63,324 nt of DNA, filler included, from Octopus bimaculoides (GCF_001194135.2; 11 parts of 8 records of this genome joined end to end with filler, not necessarily neighbours in it), one strand, 5' to 3'. Shown: positions 13,755-27,572, counted from the whole stretch's first letter. A program made the numbers and translations. Notes: generated by a model from the letters alone, not told the origin.

Positions 13755-14700
13755 TTAGGATTCCAAAATTCCTCACTGAACAACCGGAACATTTAGTTTT
13801 TTTTTATAGTAATTAAATGGTTGTAAAGTACTAGTAATGTTTAATAAAAAGTAACTTATTTATCTATGTTTTAACAGTGTCTCCTTCGAAATAGTCTCCT
13901 TGTGCAGTAATATACTGGCCCTAGCAATCCTGCCACTTTTGGAATCCAGCCTGGAAGTCATTTTCCATAATTGAGCCGAGGAGATGCTGTAATTTACTCT
14001 GGATCTCAACAATTGTGTTAAAATGGTGACCCTTGAGCTGCATTTTCCCCTTGGGGAAGAGCTGAAAGTCTGCAGGGGCCAAATCTGGTGAATAGGGCAG
14101 GTGTAGAAGCAATACCCTACTGTTTACAGTGAGAAACTTATGAGTGAGGAGAGCTTGGTGACAAGGTGCATTGTTGTTGCTCCACAGATCCAGTTGCTTT
14201 TGCTGTGTATCCTCCCTCAAACATTTCAAAACATTGTTGATTGTCCTCCAGCAATCCCCATGCGCTGGCTGATGAATTTTCTCTGCATTTCTGGAAATGA
14301 GGTTTGTGATTGGTCTTCCAGATCACTCGCCGTCTTCCAGGGATGTTCTTTTGCCTTTCAAGCACCCGTGCCACTCAAAACATTGTGTACGACCCATTAC
14401 CTTGTCACCATAAGTTTGCCAAAGCATGCTCAATGTCTCCGTAGCAGACTTCCCAAGTTTAACGCAAAATTTTATGTTGGCTCTTTGTTCCATCTTCCAC
14501 TCCATGACAAAAATCTCAGACTGCAGCGTACATGTGACCACAAAAACACAAATTTCACAACTTGCAAAGTAAACACAGTGACATCACTCAACACACTGCC
14601 CCATGAAGTTCTTGCTGCTAGTTCTCACTATGTGCACAACTGTGTGCTGCCATCTGCTGGCACACTACAGAACTAGTCCAGGAACTTTTAGATAAACATA
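13755..14700 (-). mobile_element. Internally deleted mariner transposon
   Basis: MEQRANIKFCVKLGKSATETL HTH region is joined directly to NNAPCH..HLPYSPDLAPADFQLFPK; the WVPH and first-Asp region is missing; TIRs are degenerate. Confidence 0.9.
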
Positions 14701-15073
14701 ATACACACACAGAGACACAGGAAAAGGAGAAAAAAGAGAGAAAGAGAGAGTAAAACAGAGATGAGCCATGATCCTTAAGTAAGATAGAATAGAATGAACC
14801 CTGAATCGTAATAATGTTAAAAAAATAGGTGCATCTATGGACATGTGGGACACATGTATGAATTTATGTGTGTCTAATAACTTGCCCTGAAGTATAGGCT
14901 TTCTTTGTGCATGTGCTCGTGCAGCTGTCTCTGCATGCATGCACATGCATGAATATGCTAATGAGAATGGGTTTTGCATGAGATCATTTGGAATGTAACT
15001 CATGCATAAATTATGCTGGTATCACTGTGAGAATATGAAAAATAAGTGAGTTTATACGAGCAACTGAGATTAG

Positions 15074-15116
<43 letters not shown>

Positions 15117-15440
15117 TGTGGTGTGAATGTGCGTTTCCATGTGTGTGTATAATAAGCAAGTTCTGAATTTAATGTATTATTAATGTGGTACATTATGTAT
15201 GTATGAATGTATGTATGTATGTATGTATGTATGTATGTATGTATGAATGTATGTATGTGTGGACATGTGTATGAATATATATGTGCGAGTGTGTATGAGT
15301 ATATGTAATACATTCATGTGAATATGTGTGCATGTATATATATATGTGTATCTATATAAACACACATATATAAATATATTTGTATGTATGTGTGAGAATA
15401 AATTATGCTGTACATATTTATGCTTATGTATATATATATC

Positions 15441-15472
<32 letters not shown>

Positions 15473-15524
15473 TGTATGTATGTAGGTATCTATCTATGTA
15501 TACATACATGTATTTATATGAATA

Positions 15525-15561
<37 letters not shown>

Positions 15562-15642
15562 NNNNNNNNNNNNNNNNNNNNNNNNNNNNNNNNNNNNNNN
15601 NNNNNNNNGAACATATATTATACATGCATAAACACATACACA

Positions 15643-15681
<39 letters not shown>

Positions 15682-16210
15682 AGACACAAACACACACACA
15701 CATACATTAATATATTCTCATAAAAACGTTGAAACTTCTTATAGTGATTATGTCTGTTGCCTATCAACAAAGTTATTCAATTTTAATATGCTTTGTTTTA
15801 GCAATCATGACTGTACGATGCATTCACCATCTCTCATATCTACTAAATGATTCACACATTTCATATGTCCTAATTAGAATTATCCCAAATTAAAATGAAA
15901 ATTTGTAGACGCATGAAATATAATAGATAATAGATAAGTGTGGCAGTCACAGAACCTCCAGCAGGGCTTTTAACAATAACTATCAGATAATAAATAATTC
16001 AGCCACACACATCCTGACTTAGAGAATTAAGTAAGTACATCAAGAACTGCTGGTAAATGGAGACAAACATTTCCTTCACATCTGGTATATATATATATAT
16101 GTATGTATACCAATGAGACAAAATGAGTGCTTTCTCTCTCTCTCTCTGTATATATATATTTTATTTATATATATATGTGAAGATGATGATGATGATAATG
16201 ATGATGATGA

Positions 16211-16256
<46 letters not shown>

Positions 16257-16462
16257 TGTAATCTTTATCTTTTATCTTTTGTTTTCTACTTGTTTCAGTC
16301 ATTAGACTGCAACCATGCTGGGACACCTCTTTGAGGGACTTTAGGTCAAATGAATTGACCCCAGTTCTTATTTTATAATGTATCTACACACATACATACA
16401 TATATGTACATTTACACACACACATATTTAAATGTTTCTGTGTAACTATCTGTCTGTCTCCA

Positions 16463-16505
<43 letters not shown>

Positions 16506-16610
16506 TTAAGTGTATGTATGTATATGTATATGTGTGTATATGTGTGTGTGTTTATGTGTGTGTGTATATGTGTGTGTGTATATGTGTGTGCGTATATGTG
16601 TGTGTGTATA

Positions 16611-16657
<47 letters not shown>

Positions 16658-17349
16658 NNNNNNNNNNNNNNNNNNNNNNNNNNNNNNNNNNNNNNNNNNN
16701 NNNNNNNNNNNNNNNNNNNNNNNNNNNNNNNNNNNNNNNNNNNNNNNNNNNNNNNNNNNNNNNNNNNNNNNNNNNNNNNNNNNNNNNNNNNNNNNNNNNN
16801 NNNNNNNNNNNNNNNNNNNNNNNNNNNNNNNNNNNNNNNNNNNNNNNNNNNNNNNNNNNNNNNNNNNNNNNNNNNNNNNNNNNNNNNNNNNNNNNNNNNN
16901 NNNNNNNNNNNNNNNNNNNNNNNNNNNNNNNNNNNNNNNNNNNNNNNNNNNNNNNNNNNNNNNNNNNNNNNNNNNNNNNNNNNNNNNNNNNNNNNNNNNN
17001 NNNNNNNNNNNNNNNNNNNNNNNNNNNNNNNNNNNNNNNNNNNNNNNNNNNNNNNNNNNNNNNNNNNNNNNNNNNNNNNNNNNNNNNNNNNNNNNNNNNN
17101 NNNNNNNNNNNNNNNNNNNNNNNNNNNNNNNNNNNNNNNNNNNNNNNNNNNNNNNNNNNNNNNNNNNNNNNNNNNNNNNNNNNNNNNNNNNNNNNNNNNN
17201 NNNNNNNNNNNNNNNNNNNNNNNNNNNNNNNNNNNNNNNNNNNNNNNNNNNNNNNNNNNNNNNNNNNNNNNNNNNNNNNNNNNNNNNNNNNNNNNNNNNN
17301 NNNNNNNNNNNNNNNNNNNNNNNNNNNNNNNNNNNNNNNNNNNNNNNNN

Positions 17350-17380
<31 letters not shown>

Positions 17381-17861
17381 CATACATATACACCTGTCTG
17401 TCTGTCTGTCTGTTTGTCTTTCAGTCTGTATGTATGTATGCATATATGCATGTATGCATGTATGTATGGTTTCAGTCACTGCACTGTAGTCATACTGGTG
17501 CACCTACTTCAAAAATTTTAATGAACTATATCAATTCCAGTACTTAGTGTTGTACTTATTTTATTGAATGACTGATATTATATTTATCTATCTGTCTGTC
17601 TGTCTGTCTGTCTATATATGGGTGTGTGTATGTGTATGTATGTATGTATGTATGCATATACATATGCATACATGCATACATACATACATACATATATATA
17701 TTTATGTATGTATGTATGTATGTATGTATGTATGCATACATGCATACATACATACATATATATTTATGTATGTATGTATGTATGTATGTATGTATGCATG
17801 TATGTGTATGTATATGCATACATACATACATTCATACACACACACACATATATACATCTAT

Positions 17862-17919
<58 letters not shown>

Positions 17920-17920
17920 G

Positions 17921-18048
17921 TAAATAAATAAATGGAGTTAAACGCAGGTGTTATTCAAATTCTTTTCCTTCCAACACATGTTTCGAACACAATGTCAGAA
18001 GTAAAAGAATTTGAATAACACCTGCGTTTAACTCCATTTATTTATTTA
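17921..18048. repeat. Perfect 46-bp inverted repeat with 36-nt spacer
   Basis: 17921-17966 is the exact reverse complement of 18003-18048. Confidence 0.95.
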
Positions 18049-18564
18049 TTGATATATATTATACAAAACATTTCACATCAGCCCGGAGTTTCTACCTTTA
18101 CAAACAGGGTGTTACATCCTTATTACTTGTGTGATTTTNNNNNNNNNNNNNNNNNNNNNNNNNNNNNNNNNNNNNNNNNNNNNNNNNNNNNNNNNNNNNN
18201 NNNNNNNNNNNNNNNNNNNNNNNNNNNNNNNNNNNNNNNNNNNNNNNNNNNNNNNNNNNNNNNNNNNNNNNNNNNNNNNNNNNNNNNNNNNNNNNNNNNN
18301 NNNNNNNNNNNNNNNNNNNNNNNNNNNNNNNNNNNNNNNNNNNNNNNNNNNNNNNNNNNNNNNNNNNNNNNNNNNNNNNNNNNNNNNNNNNNNNNNNNNN
18401 NNNNNNNNNNNNNNNNNNNNNNNNNNNNNNNNNNNNNNNNNNNNNNNNNNNNNNNNNNNNNNNNNNNNNNNNNNNNNNNNNNNNNNNNNNNNNNNNNNNN
18501 NNNNNNNNNNNNNNNNNNNNNNNNNNNNNNNNNNNNNNNNNNNNNNNNNNNNNNNNTATATATA

Positions 18565-18738
18565 CTACACTCTCTGAGTGGTTGGCGTTAGGAAGGGCAT
18601 CCAGCTGTAGAAACTCTGCCAAATTAGATTGGAGCCTGGTGTTGCCATCCGGTTTCACCAGTCCTCAGTCAAATCGTCCAACCCATGCTAGCATGGAAAG
18701 CGGACGTTAAACGATGATGATGATGATGATGATGATGA
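18565..18738 (+). mobile_element. RTE-type 3' tail ending in (GAT)n (LINE end or RTE-tailed SINE)
   Basis: GGTTGGCGTTAGGAAGGGCATCCAGCTGTAGAA...GGACGTTAAACGATGATGAT. Further copies at 18963-19170(-), 22246-22583(-), 44600-44730(+), 46425-46765(+), 47860-48055(+), 49370-49680(-), 53388-53700(-). Confidence 0.75.
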
Positions 18739-20034
18739 TATATATATAATAATACAAATGATACATGAGCATATGCATGTATACATACATATATGTGCAT
18801 GCCTACATCTACATGTATATATAGATGCATATCTGGGTACAGGACTTCAGAAAAAGGAACAGGAACATAACACACAAAAATGGACTTTGTTTACAGACAA
18901 CAGAACGAACACATAGGAAAACAGACGAGCCACTTAAGGAATTTTTCCTTCATCAGCTGCCTCATCATCATCATCATCATCATCATCATTTAACATCCAC
19001 TCTCCATGCTGGCATGGGTTAGACGGTTTGACTGGAGCTGATGAGCCGGAGAGGTGCACCAGATTCCAGTCTGATTTGGCATGGTTTCTACAGCTGGATA
19101 CCCTTCCTAATGCCAACCACTCTTGGAGTGTAATGGGTGCTTTTGCACACCACCGACATGGGTGCTATTTACATGACACTAGTAATGACCACAACAATGT
19201 CTTCTAAATTCCATTCATGATGCATTGGTCAAGGAGAGAAAGAACCCTAATTTTGACAACAGTGTCATCAAAGCCACATGGTTCTAAAGCAAACTTCTTC
19301 ACCACATGGCCATGCCTGTATTTCATTAATCAGGAACTCCTATTATACGTTTTCAGGTTTAAGAGCTTCTAACACTCAAAGTAATTTTCATATATTAAAT
19401 ATATTCAAAGCGAAGCTTTACCTGGTTTATGAAACCTTAGGAATATAGACACTAGTGAAGGTAAACCTAAAGTAATTGCATTCACGTCTTCTCACAACAG
19501 GTAGTAACACCTATTGTTATTAATTCCTGGCACTTCAAATACTGCACTTTTATGAGAAGAAAATGACAAAATTAATTCTTTATGTTTGAAGTATTAGGAT
19601 TTTTATTTCCATCTTTGAAAATGTTATTGCATGCAAGTAATTATATTTGGTTATGCAATTATTATATCTGGAAATTGTCATTACTTTTGCGGTTTTGTTT
19701 TTAGACTTACCAAAGCATTCATTTTCTTTCTTTCTTTTTTTTTTTGTTTTTTCTTTTTTTTTTCTTTCACAGAATGATAATTTAGGCATTATAGAGTTAA
19801 GGCAAACTTGGAATTCTTTCTAATTGGGAATTGAAACAAATATACTGATGATTTATCATTGAATATTGAAGCCCCCCACCTACATACGCATTAAGCATAT
19901 TAAAATAAAATATCAGTCCTTCTGTTGTAAAAGTTCTCTAAGCTTTCATATTCAGATGTTGTTGTCACTGTGGCTGCTGCTGCTGCTGTTGTTGTTGTTA
20001 CGGTTTCTAGTGTGGTTGTTCTTGGTGTTATCGC

Positions 20035-20262
20035 TTATTTCTTTATTACCCACAAGGGGGCTAAACATAGAGGGAACAAACAAGGACAGACAAAGGGATT
20101 AAGTCAATTAGATCGACGCCAGTGCATAGCAGGTACTAAATTTATCGACCTCGAAAGGATGAAAGGCAAAGTCGACCTCGGTGGAATTTGAACTCAGAAC
20201 GTAACGGCAGACGAAATACCGCTAAGCATTTCGCCCGGCGTGCTAACGTTTCTGCCAGCTTG
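20035..20262 (-). mobile_element. SINE family B, tail Y
   Basis: Nearly full-length match to the family consensus inferred from this window. Confidence 0.85.
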
Positions 20263-20396
20263 CAGCTTTTTATTATTGCTGTTGATGATTGTCACCACTG
20301 TTGTTATTGTTGTTGTTGCTGTTGTTGTTTTTGTAATTGATGTTGGTGTTGTTGTTGTTGTTGCTGCTGCTGCTTCTGTTTTTGTTGCTATTGTTG

Positions 20397-20789
20397 CGGT
20401 GTGGAGGCGCAATGGCCCAGTAGTTAGGGCAGCGGACTCGCGGTCATAGGATCGCGGTTTCGATTCCCAGACCGGGCGTTGTGAGTGTTTATTGAGCCAA
20501 AACACCTAAAGCTCCACGAGGCTCCGGCAGGGGATGGTGGCAAACCCTGCTGTACTCTTTCACCACAACTTTCTCTCACTCTTACTTCCTGTTTCTGTTG
20601 TGCCTGTAATCCAAAGGGTCAGCCTTGTCACACTGTGTCACGCTGATTATCCCCGAGAACTGCGTTAAGGGTACACGTGTCTGTGGAGTGCTCAGCCACT
20701 TGCACGCTAATTTCACGAGCAGGCTGTTCCGTTGATCGGATCAACTGGAACCATCGACGTCGTAAGCGACGGAGTGCCAACAACAACAC
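20397..20789 (+). mobile_element. tRNA-Arg-derived SINE (family C, OR-type), full length, (CAA)n tail
   Basis: Head GGCGCAATGGCCCAGTAGTTAGGGCAGCGGACTCGCGG..GTTTCGATTCCC with A/B boxes and a TCG anticodon-like loop; flanked by ~120-bp direct repeats. Confidence 0.85.
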
Positions 20790-21374
20790 TATTACTGTTG
20801 ATGATAGTCACCATTGTTGTTATTGTTGTTGCTGCTGCCGTTGTTTTTGTAATTGCTGCTGGTGCTGTTGTTGCTGCTGCTGCTGCTTCTGTTCTTGTTG
20901 CAATTGTTGTTGTTATTATTGTCGTCGATCTCACTGCTGCTGTTGTTGTAATTATTATTGTTGTCGTTGCTGCTGCTTTAGCTTCTCCTGCTGTTGGTGT
21001 TTTTTACTGTTACTGCTGCTGTGGCTCTCACTGTTGCAGTTGTTATTGTCACTGCTGTCATTGCTGCAGTTACTGCAGTTGCTATTCTTACCGTCATTGC
21101 TATTGCTGTGTTGTCACAATCATTATTGTTATTACTACTGCTGCTACTACCGCTACTACCGTTGCTGCTACTATTGTTCAGCACCAGATTACCCCTAACA
21201 GAGAAGACCTATGATCAAACACATTTCAGTCATGAACAACTTTCACTTTTTTTTATAGTATGAGACTAATATATGTAAACTCTAAGACAGTAATAAACGA
21301 TTTGATTGGAATTCGGTTACTATTTCTAGCAGGCTGAGTGACTCTCTGAAGTGCCTGTTACTGACCACTATTAC

Positions 21375-21770
21375 TCTTTTACTCTTTTACTTGTTTCAGT
21401 CATTTGATTGTGGCCATGCTGGAGCACCGCCTTTAGTCGAGCAAATCGATCCCAGGACTTATTCTTTGTAAGCCTAATACTTATTCTATCGGTCTCTTTT
21501 GCCGAACCGCTAAGTTACAGGACGTAAACACACCAGCATCGGTTGTCAAGCGATGTTGGGGGGACAAACAAGACACACAAATACATATATGTATACATAT
21601 ATACGATGGGCTTCTTTCAGTTTCCGTCTACCAAATCCACTCACAAGGCTTTGGTCAGCCCGAGGCTATAGTAGAAGACACTTGCCCAAGGTGCCACACA
21701 GTGGGACTGAACCCGGGACCATGTGGTTCATTAGCAAGCTTCTTACCACACAGCCACTCCTACGCCTATG
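21375..21770 (-). mobile_element. SINE family A, full length
   Basis: Head, CORE-like segment, internal microsatellite and (GTAAAAGA)n tail are all present. Related tail fragments at 16270-16375, 22017-22245, 32705-32900 and 34535-34660. Confidence 0.88.
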
Positions 21771-22964
21771 TATTTTAATGCATCAATGCTTTGTTCTGAT
21801 TTCATGACATTAAGCAGATGTGAAGTAAATGACCCCTGGATAGTCATTGGATAGAATGATATTGTAACTGTTTCTTAGAGCTCATGCTAATAGAATTCAG
21901 TATTTAGCTAATCATTGCACATTGAAATATCAGGAATGTGTATTAATTAAAGACATCTAAATTACTGATCAAATGCCAAATACAGCCATTTAACAATTTG
22001 TTTCAATCTTTTTTCTTTTATCTTTTACTTGTTTCAGTCATTAGACTGTGGCCATACTGGGGCACTGCTATGAAGAATTTTTAGTCAAAGGAATTGAGCC
22101 CATTACTTGTTTTTATTTTTTAAAGCTTGGTATTTATTCTATTGTACCCTTTTTGCTGAACCACTAAGTTACAGAGAACAAAGCATACCAACACTGGTTG
22201 TTAAGTGGTGGTGGGGGACAAATACAGACACATAGACACACACTTATATCATCATCATCATCATCATCATCGTTTAACGTCCGCTTTCCATGCTAGCATG
22301 GGTTGGATGGTTTGACTGAGGACTGGTGCAACCGGATGGCTACACCAGGCTCCAATCTAATTTTGCAGAGTTTCTACAGCTGGATGCCCTTCCTAACGTC
22401 AACCACTCAGAGAGTGTAGTGGGTGCTTTTACGTGTCACCCACACGAAAACGGCCATGCTCGAAATGGTGTCTTTTATGTGCCACCCGCACAAGAGCCAG
22501 TCCGGGGGCACTGGCAACGATCTCGCTCGAAAACCCTACAAGGCCAGTCAGGCGGTACTGGCAACGGTCACGCTCAGGATGGTNNNNNNNNNNNNNNNNN
22601 NNNNNNNNNNNNNNNNNNNNNNNNNNNTTAATTAATTAANNNNNNNNNNNNNNNNNNNNNNNNNNNNNNNNNNNNNNNNNNNNAGAAAAACACGGAGAAA
22701 AAAAATTGAATAGTGTTCAGTCAACGGTATGTAATGTATGCTTGTTATCCAGTGGTTGTAGGATAGCGCAGAGTAACGGCTGCAGAAACTCACAACAGTT
22801 AACTTCGTTTAAGGAATGTGACGTCGACGATGATGTATTCTGTTCTCACACGAATGATTGCTGTTATTACTCAGACATCTCACATTAAGTATTGAACTGC
22901 TTCACTTGAAGAGCAATCTAGTTTTTCCTGTCATTCAACGCAACGGCAAGATATTGTTCTGATC

Positions 22965-23360
22965 ATTCTTTTCTACTCAAGGCCGGGTATGCAACTGGTA
23001 CTTAATTTATCGACCCCGGAAGGATGAAAAGCAAAGTCGACCTCGGCGGAATTTGAACTCAGAACGTAAAAAAAACAGACGAAATACCGCAAGGCATTTC
23101 ACCCGACGTGCTAACGCTTCTGCCAGCTCGCCACATTAATGTAACTGTTTATTTTTTTCTACTCTAGGCTCGAGGCCTGAAATTTTTGAGGAGGAGCCAG
23201 TCGATTAGGTCGACCCCAGTACGCAACTGGTACTTAATTTATCAGTCCCGAAAGAATAAAAAGCAAAGTCGACCTCGGCAGAATTTGAACTCTGAACTTA
23301 AAAAACAGACGAAATACCGCTAAGCATTTCGCCGGTGTGCTAACGATTCTGCCAGCTCAC
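22965..23360 (-). mobile_element. Two tandem family-B SINEs
   Basis: Copies at ~22965-23135 (internally deleted) and ~23155-23360. Confidence 0.85.
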
Positions 23361-24309
23361 CAGCTTAATAGGGCTATCATAATGATAAATAAATGTTTTT
23401 TTCGAAAACCGACGCAGATTTTAATCAACCAGTTCTTAACCAGACCAAATTAATTTATTGTTACAACAGCATATAATATAAGCAGGAACAAAAATTGAAT
23501 CATTTTTCATAAATTTGAAGATTGTTGGTACTGATAGCGGAAGTGGTCCTGCTTAAGGTACAGAAACTGTTGTAATAAACGAGTGATCGACAGCTGATGA
23601 CAGGATATTACAGTCAGAGGAAACTAAATGAAGAAACATGAATATAGCATGATATACGTGTACATGTGTGCGCGCGTGTGTATATTACAATACACAAATG
23701 TAGGCGCACGAACATACACACATACAAACACACGCACACACGTGTATATATATATATATAGTCAGGATTTCACAGAGACAGTTTTTCAAACGGAAGGAAA
23801 GACAGACAAACAGGCAGAGAGATGAAGACATAGACGGATATTGAAAGAGAAACGTAAAGTGTGAGCGATAGCTAGCTAGCTAGACAGACAGACAGACAGA
23901 CAGATAAACAGATTTGAGGATACGTAGCTACCTAGATAGATAGATAGATATATAGATAGATAAACAAACAGACAGACAGGCCGATAGATAGATAGATAGA
24001 TAGATAGATTGTCAGAACAATGGATTGAGAGAATACATGCACAGATGCACTTAGATATGGACGGATGAAAATTCATGACAGATTTCAGCTTGATGCAAAT
24101 GGCGAAAACGGAGTGCCAGTCAGAAATAGACACATGCCACATAATAAATTCAAGAAAATCAAAACAAACAAGCATAAACTGTTTTAATACGTTTAATAGG
24201 TTTTTCAGTAACATACAGTGGTTTCTTCATCGTGACACAAAGGCAACACAACACAGATACCGAATGACGTAGGCCGCATGCACACAAGAAGTGACACAAA
24301 CAGCATAAC

Positions 24310-24310
24310 C

Positions 24311-24341
<31 letters not shown>

Positions 24342-24701
24342 AATATATACATATATATATATACATGTGTATATATATATACATTTATATATATATTTAA
24401 ATATATATATACATGTATATATATATATATATATATACATGTATATATATACATGTATATATGTATATATATACATGTATATATATATATATACATGTAT
24501 ATATATACNNNNNNNNNNATATATGTATATATATACATGTATATATATATATATACATGTATATATATACATGTATATATATATATATACATGTGTATAT
24601 ATATATATATATATACATATATACATATATATATGTGCATGTATGTATGTTTGTGTATATATAGATACATATATAAATATGCTGATCTGATTACACATAC
24701 A

Positions 24702-24767
<66 letters not shown>

Positions 24768-25162
24768 TGTATGTATACATATATGCAAATACCTATGTAT
24801 ACATATATATATGTATATATATATATATATATATACATACATACATACATACATACATACATGTACATACACTTTAAATATATAATGAGATGTATATTAA
24901 TGCATATACGAAAGGGAGTGAGGCTATACATAGGCAATATATATGGGTAATGTACAAGAAATATATGTCTGTATATGTATGAATATATACATATGTGTGT
25001 GTTCGTGTGTGTGTATGTGCATAATGTATATATATATATATATATATATACATACATTATACATATATATATATATGTATGTATATATATATATATAAAT
25101 ATATATATGTATATATATATATAAATATATATATATATGCATATATATATATATGTACATAT
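24310..25162. repeat. (TA)n / TACATGTATATA compound micro/minisatellite
   Basis: Direct reading; explains the YIYI/MYIY ORFs. Confidence 0.95.
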
Positions 25163-26124
25163 NNNNNNNNNNNNNNNNNNNNNNNNNNNNNNNNNNNNNN
25201 NNNNNNTTAATTAATTAANNNNNNNNNNNNNNNNNNNNNNNNNNNNNNNNNNNNNNNNNNNNATATTCAGTCTTGGGTTTAGTGGAAGTGCAGCAATGCA
25301 GTAGAGTAAACGGTGGTACCCCATCATGGCCGCAGTCCTTGGATTGAAACTAAGAAAAAAAAGAAAGATAATATGTGTATGTATGTGTGTGTGGTGGGGT
25401 GTACATGTTTCTGTATGTACCAAAGTATGCGTCGATATATATACGCATCTGCTCCGGAGTGTGTATATCTATTTATACATCTAGTGTTGTTGCTATATAC
25501 ACACATAATTATACGACTGCACATACTGAAGTATATGCAGATGCACAAGTAATATTTCATTTCACAAACATTCCATGTAATAGGCATGCCTAACACCCAC
25601 GCATATATATATATCTAATTGTGTGTATATATATATATATATATATATNNNNNNNNNNNNNNNNNNNNNNNNNNNNNNNNNNNNNNNNNNNNNNNNNNNN
25701 NNNNNNNNNNNNNNNNNNNNNNNNNNNNNNNNNNNNNNNNNNNNNNNNNNNNNNNNNNNNNNNNNNNNNNNNNNNNNNNNNNNNNNNNNNNNNNNNNNNN
25801 NNNNNNNNNNNNNNNNNNNNNNNNNNNNNNNNNNNNNNNNNNNNNNNNNNNNNNNNNNNNNNNNNNNNNNNNNNNNNNNNNNNNNNNNNNNNNNNNNNNN
25901 NNNNNNNNNNNNNNNNNNNNNNNNNNNNNNNNNNNNNNNNNNNNNNNNNNNNNNNNNNNNNNNNNNNNNNNNNNNNNNNNNNNNNNNNNNNNNNNNNNNN
26001 NNNNNNNNNNNNNNNNNNNNNNNNNNNNNNNNNNNNNNNNNNNNNNNNNNNNNNNNNNNNNNNNNNNNNNNNNNNNNNNNNNNNNNNNNNNNNNNNNNNN
26101 NNNNNNTATATATATATATATCTC

Positions 26125-26179
<55 letters not shown>

Positions 26180-26484
26180 ACTTGCGGACGTGTGTGTGTA
26201 AGTGTGCGAGTGTGTACGCGCGCATGAATACTTGTATGTATATTGTGTGTATGTACATTTTGTATCTGGCACAAAACAATACGCATCGCGGTGCACACAC
26301 ACACTTATATAGCGACGGAATCTCTTGCGCACAATGAATGCACAACTTCACATAAATGCGCATGTGTGCATGCGTGCATCACTATATATCGTAAAGTACG
26401 ATTGTGTCCGTATGTGGTGGCTGTATCTTTTGGATCGTATACAGGTACGAGTTTGCGTATGTGTGTATGTGTATCTATGTGCGC

Positions 26485-26520
<36 letters not shown>

Positions 26521-27486
26521 GTGGCTTGCAATTGAAAGGTGAGTTTTGGAGGATGCTGGGTCAGTTGAGCGCGTGCTCCGGTAGTCGACAGCTTCGTGCT
26601 GGTGTGCGATGCGGTGATGACAGCGGCGGCGTGGTTGGTGATGCAGAAGAAACAGCTGTAGTGTGGGTGTGTCAGCATTGACTAGAGGGACATCGAGAGA
26701 GAGAGAGAGAAAGAGAGACAGACAGAGAGACACAGAAGGAGAGAGAGAAGAGATAGGCAGAGTGAGTAGAAGAAAGCGATAGAAAGAGACAGAGAGAAGC
26801 GATCAGCTGACAGAGGATGCACTTGAAAAGGTGTGGTGAGGCTGAGTGTTGAGGATAGAGATTTTAGAAGTACGGAGTCGGGGTTGGTGTGAGGATTGTA
26901 GACAGTTAACGTCAATAATGGTGATAGTAGTTGTAGTGGTGATGAGACCGGTTGCAGTTATGGTGCCAGTGGTGGGGGATGATGTTTTAGTCCGACTCAG
27001 TCCTGATCGAGATGATATATAACCAAAGCTATTCCGAACGTGGTCGTCTGTTGTTTTATTTACCCTTATGTACTGTAAAGCCAGTATCGCAAGGAGCGTA
27101 TCCCCTTCTGAAATGGAGATTTTTGGGGGAAAAAGTGATAGAGTGCGAGTAGAGAGTGGGATTTGGTTGCTATTTCTAGCTGGCCGAACGACCATGTGAA
27201 GGTCTTCTCTTGTCTCGTGATTATAACGTAGGTGGTGGATGTTGATGGGAATAACGTTGGCGTTGCGGTTGCTAGGTAGCTACAGGTCAGTTCCGATCGG
27301 GAAGACTTATGATCAGAGGTACTCCACCCGAGACCATCCCAACTTTTAGTCATATATAGTTTATGTAGTACAAAAGTATCCAATATCAATGTATGTATAT
27401 GTATGTGCGTGTGTGCATGTGTTCATATACTTATACACACACACGCACACACACACGCACACACACACGCACACACACACACATAT

Positions 27487-27572
<86 letters not shown>

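Noticed and set aside
20401-20480. tRNA-Arg(TCG) gene
   Set aside because: Only A/B boxes and an anticodon-like loop; no acceptor stem, and it runs into a SINE body.
23455-23582. Degenerate inverted repeat (TTACAACAG and TAAGCAGGA pairs)
   Set aside because: Only two 9-bp blocks with unequal spacers; too weak to call, possibly an old MITE.
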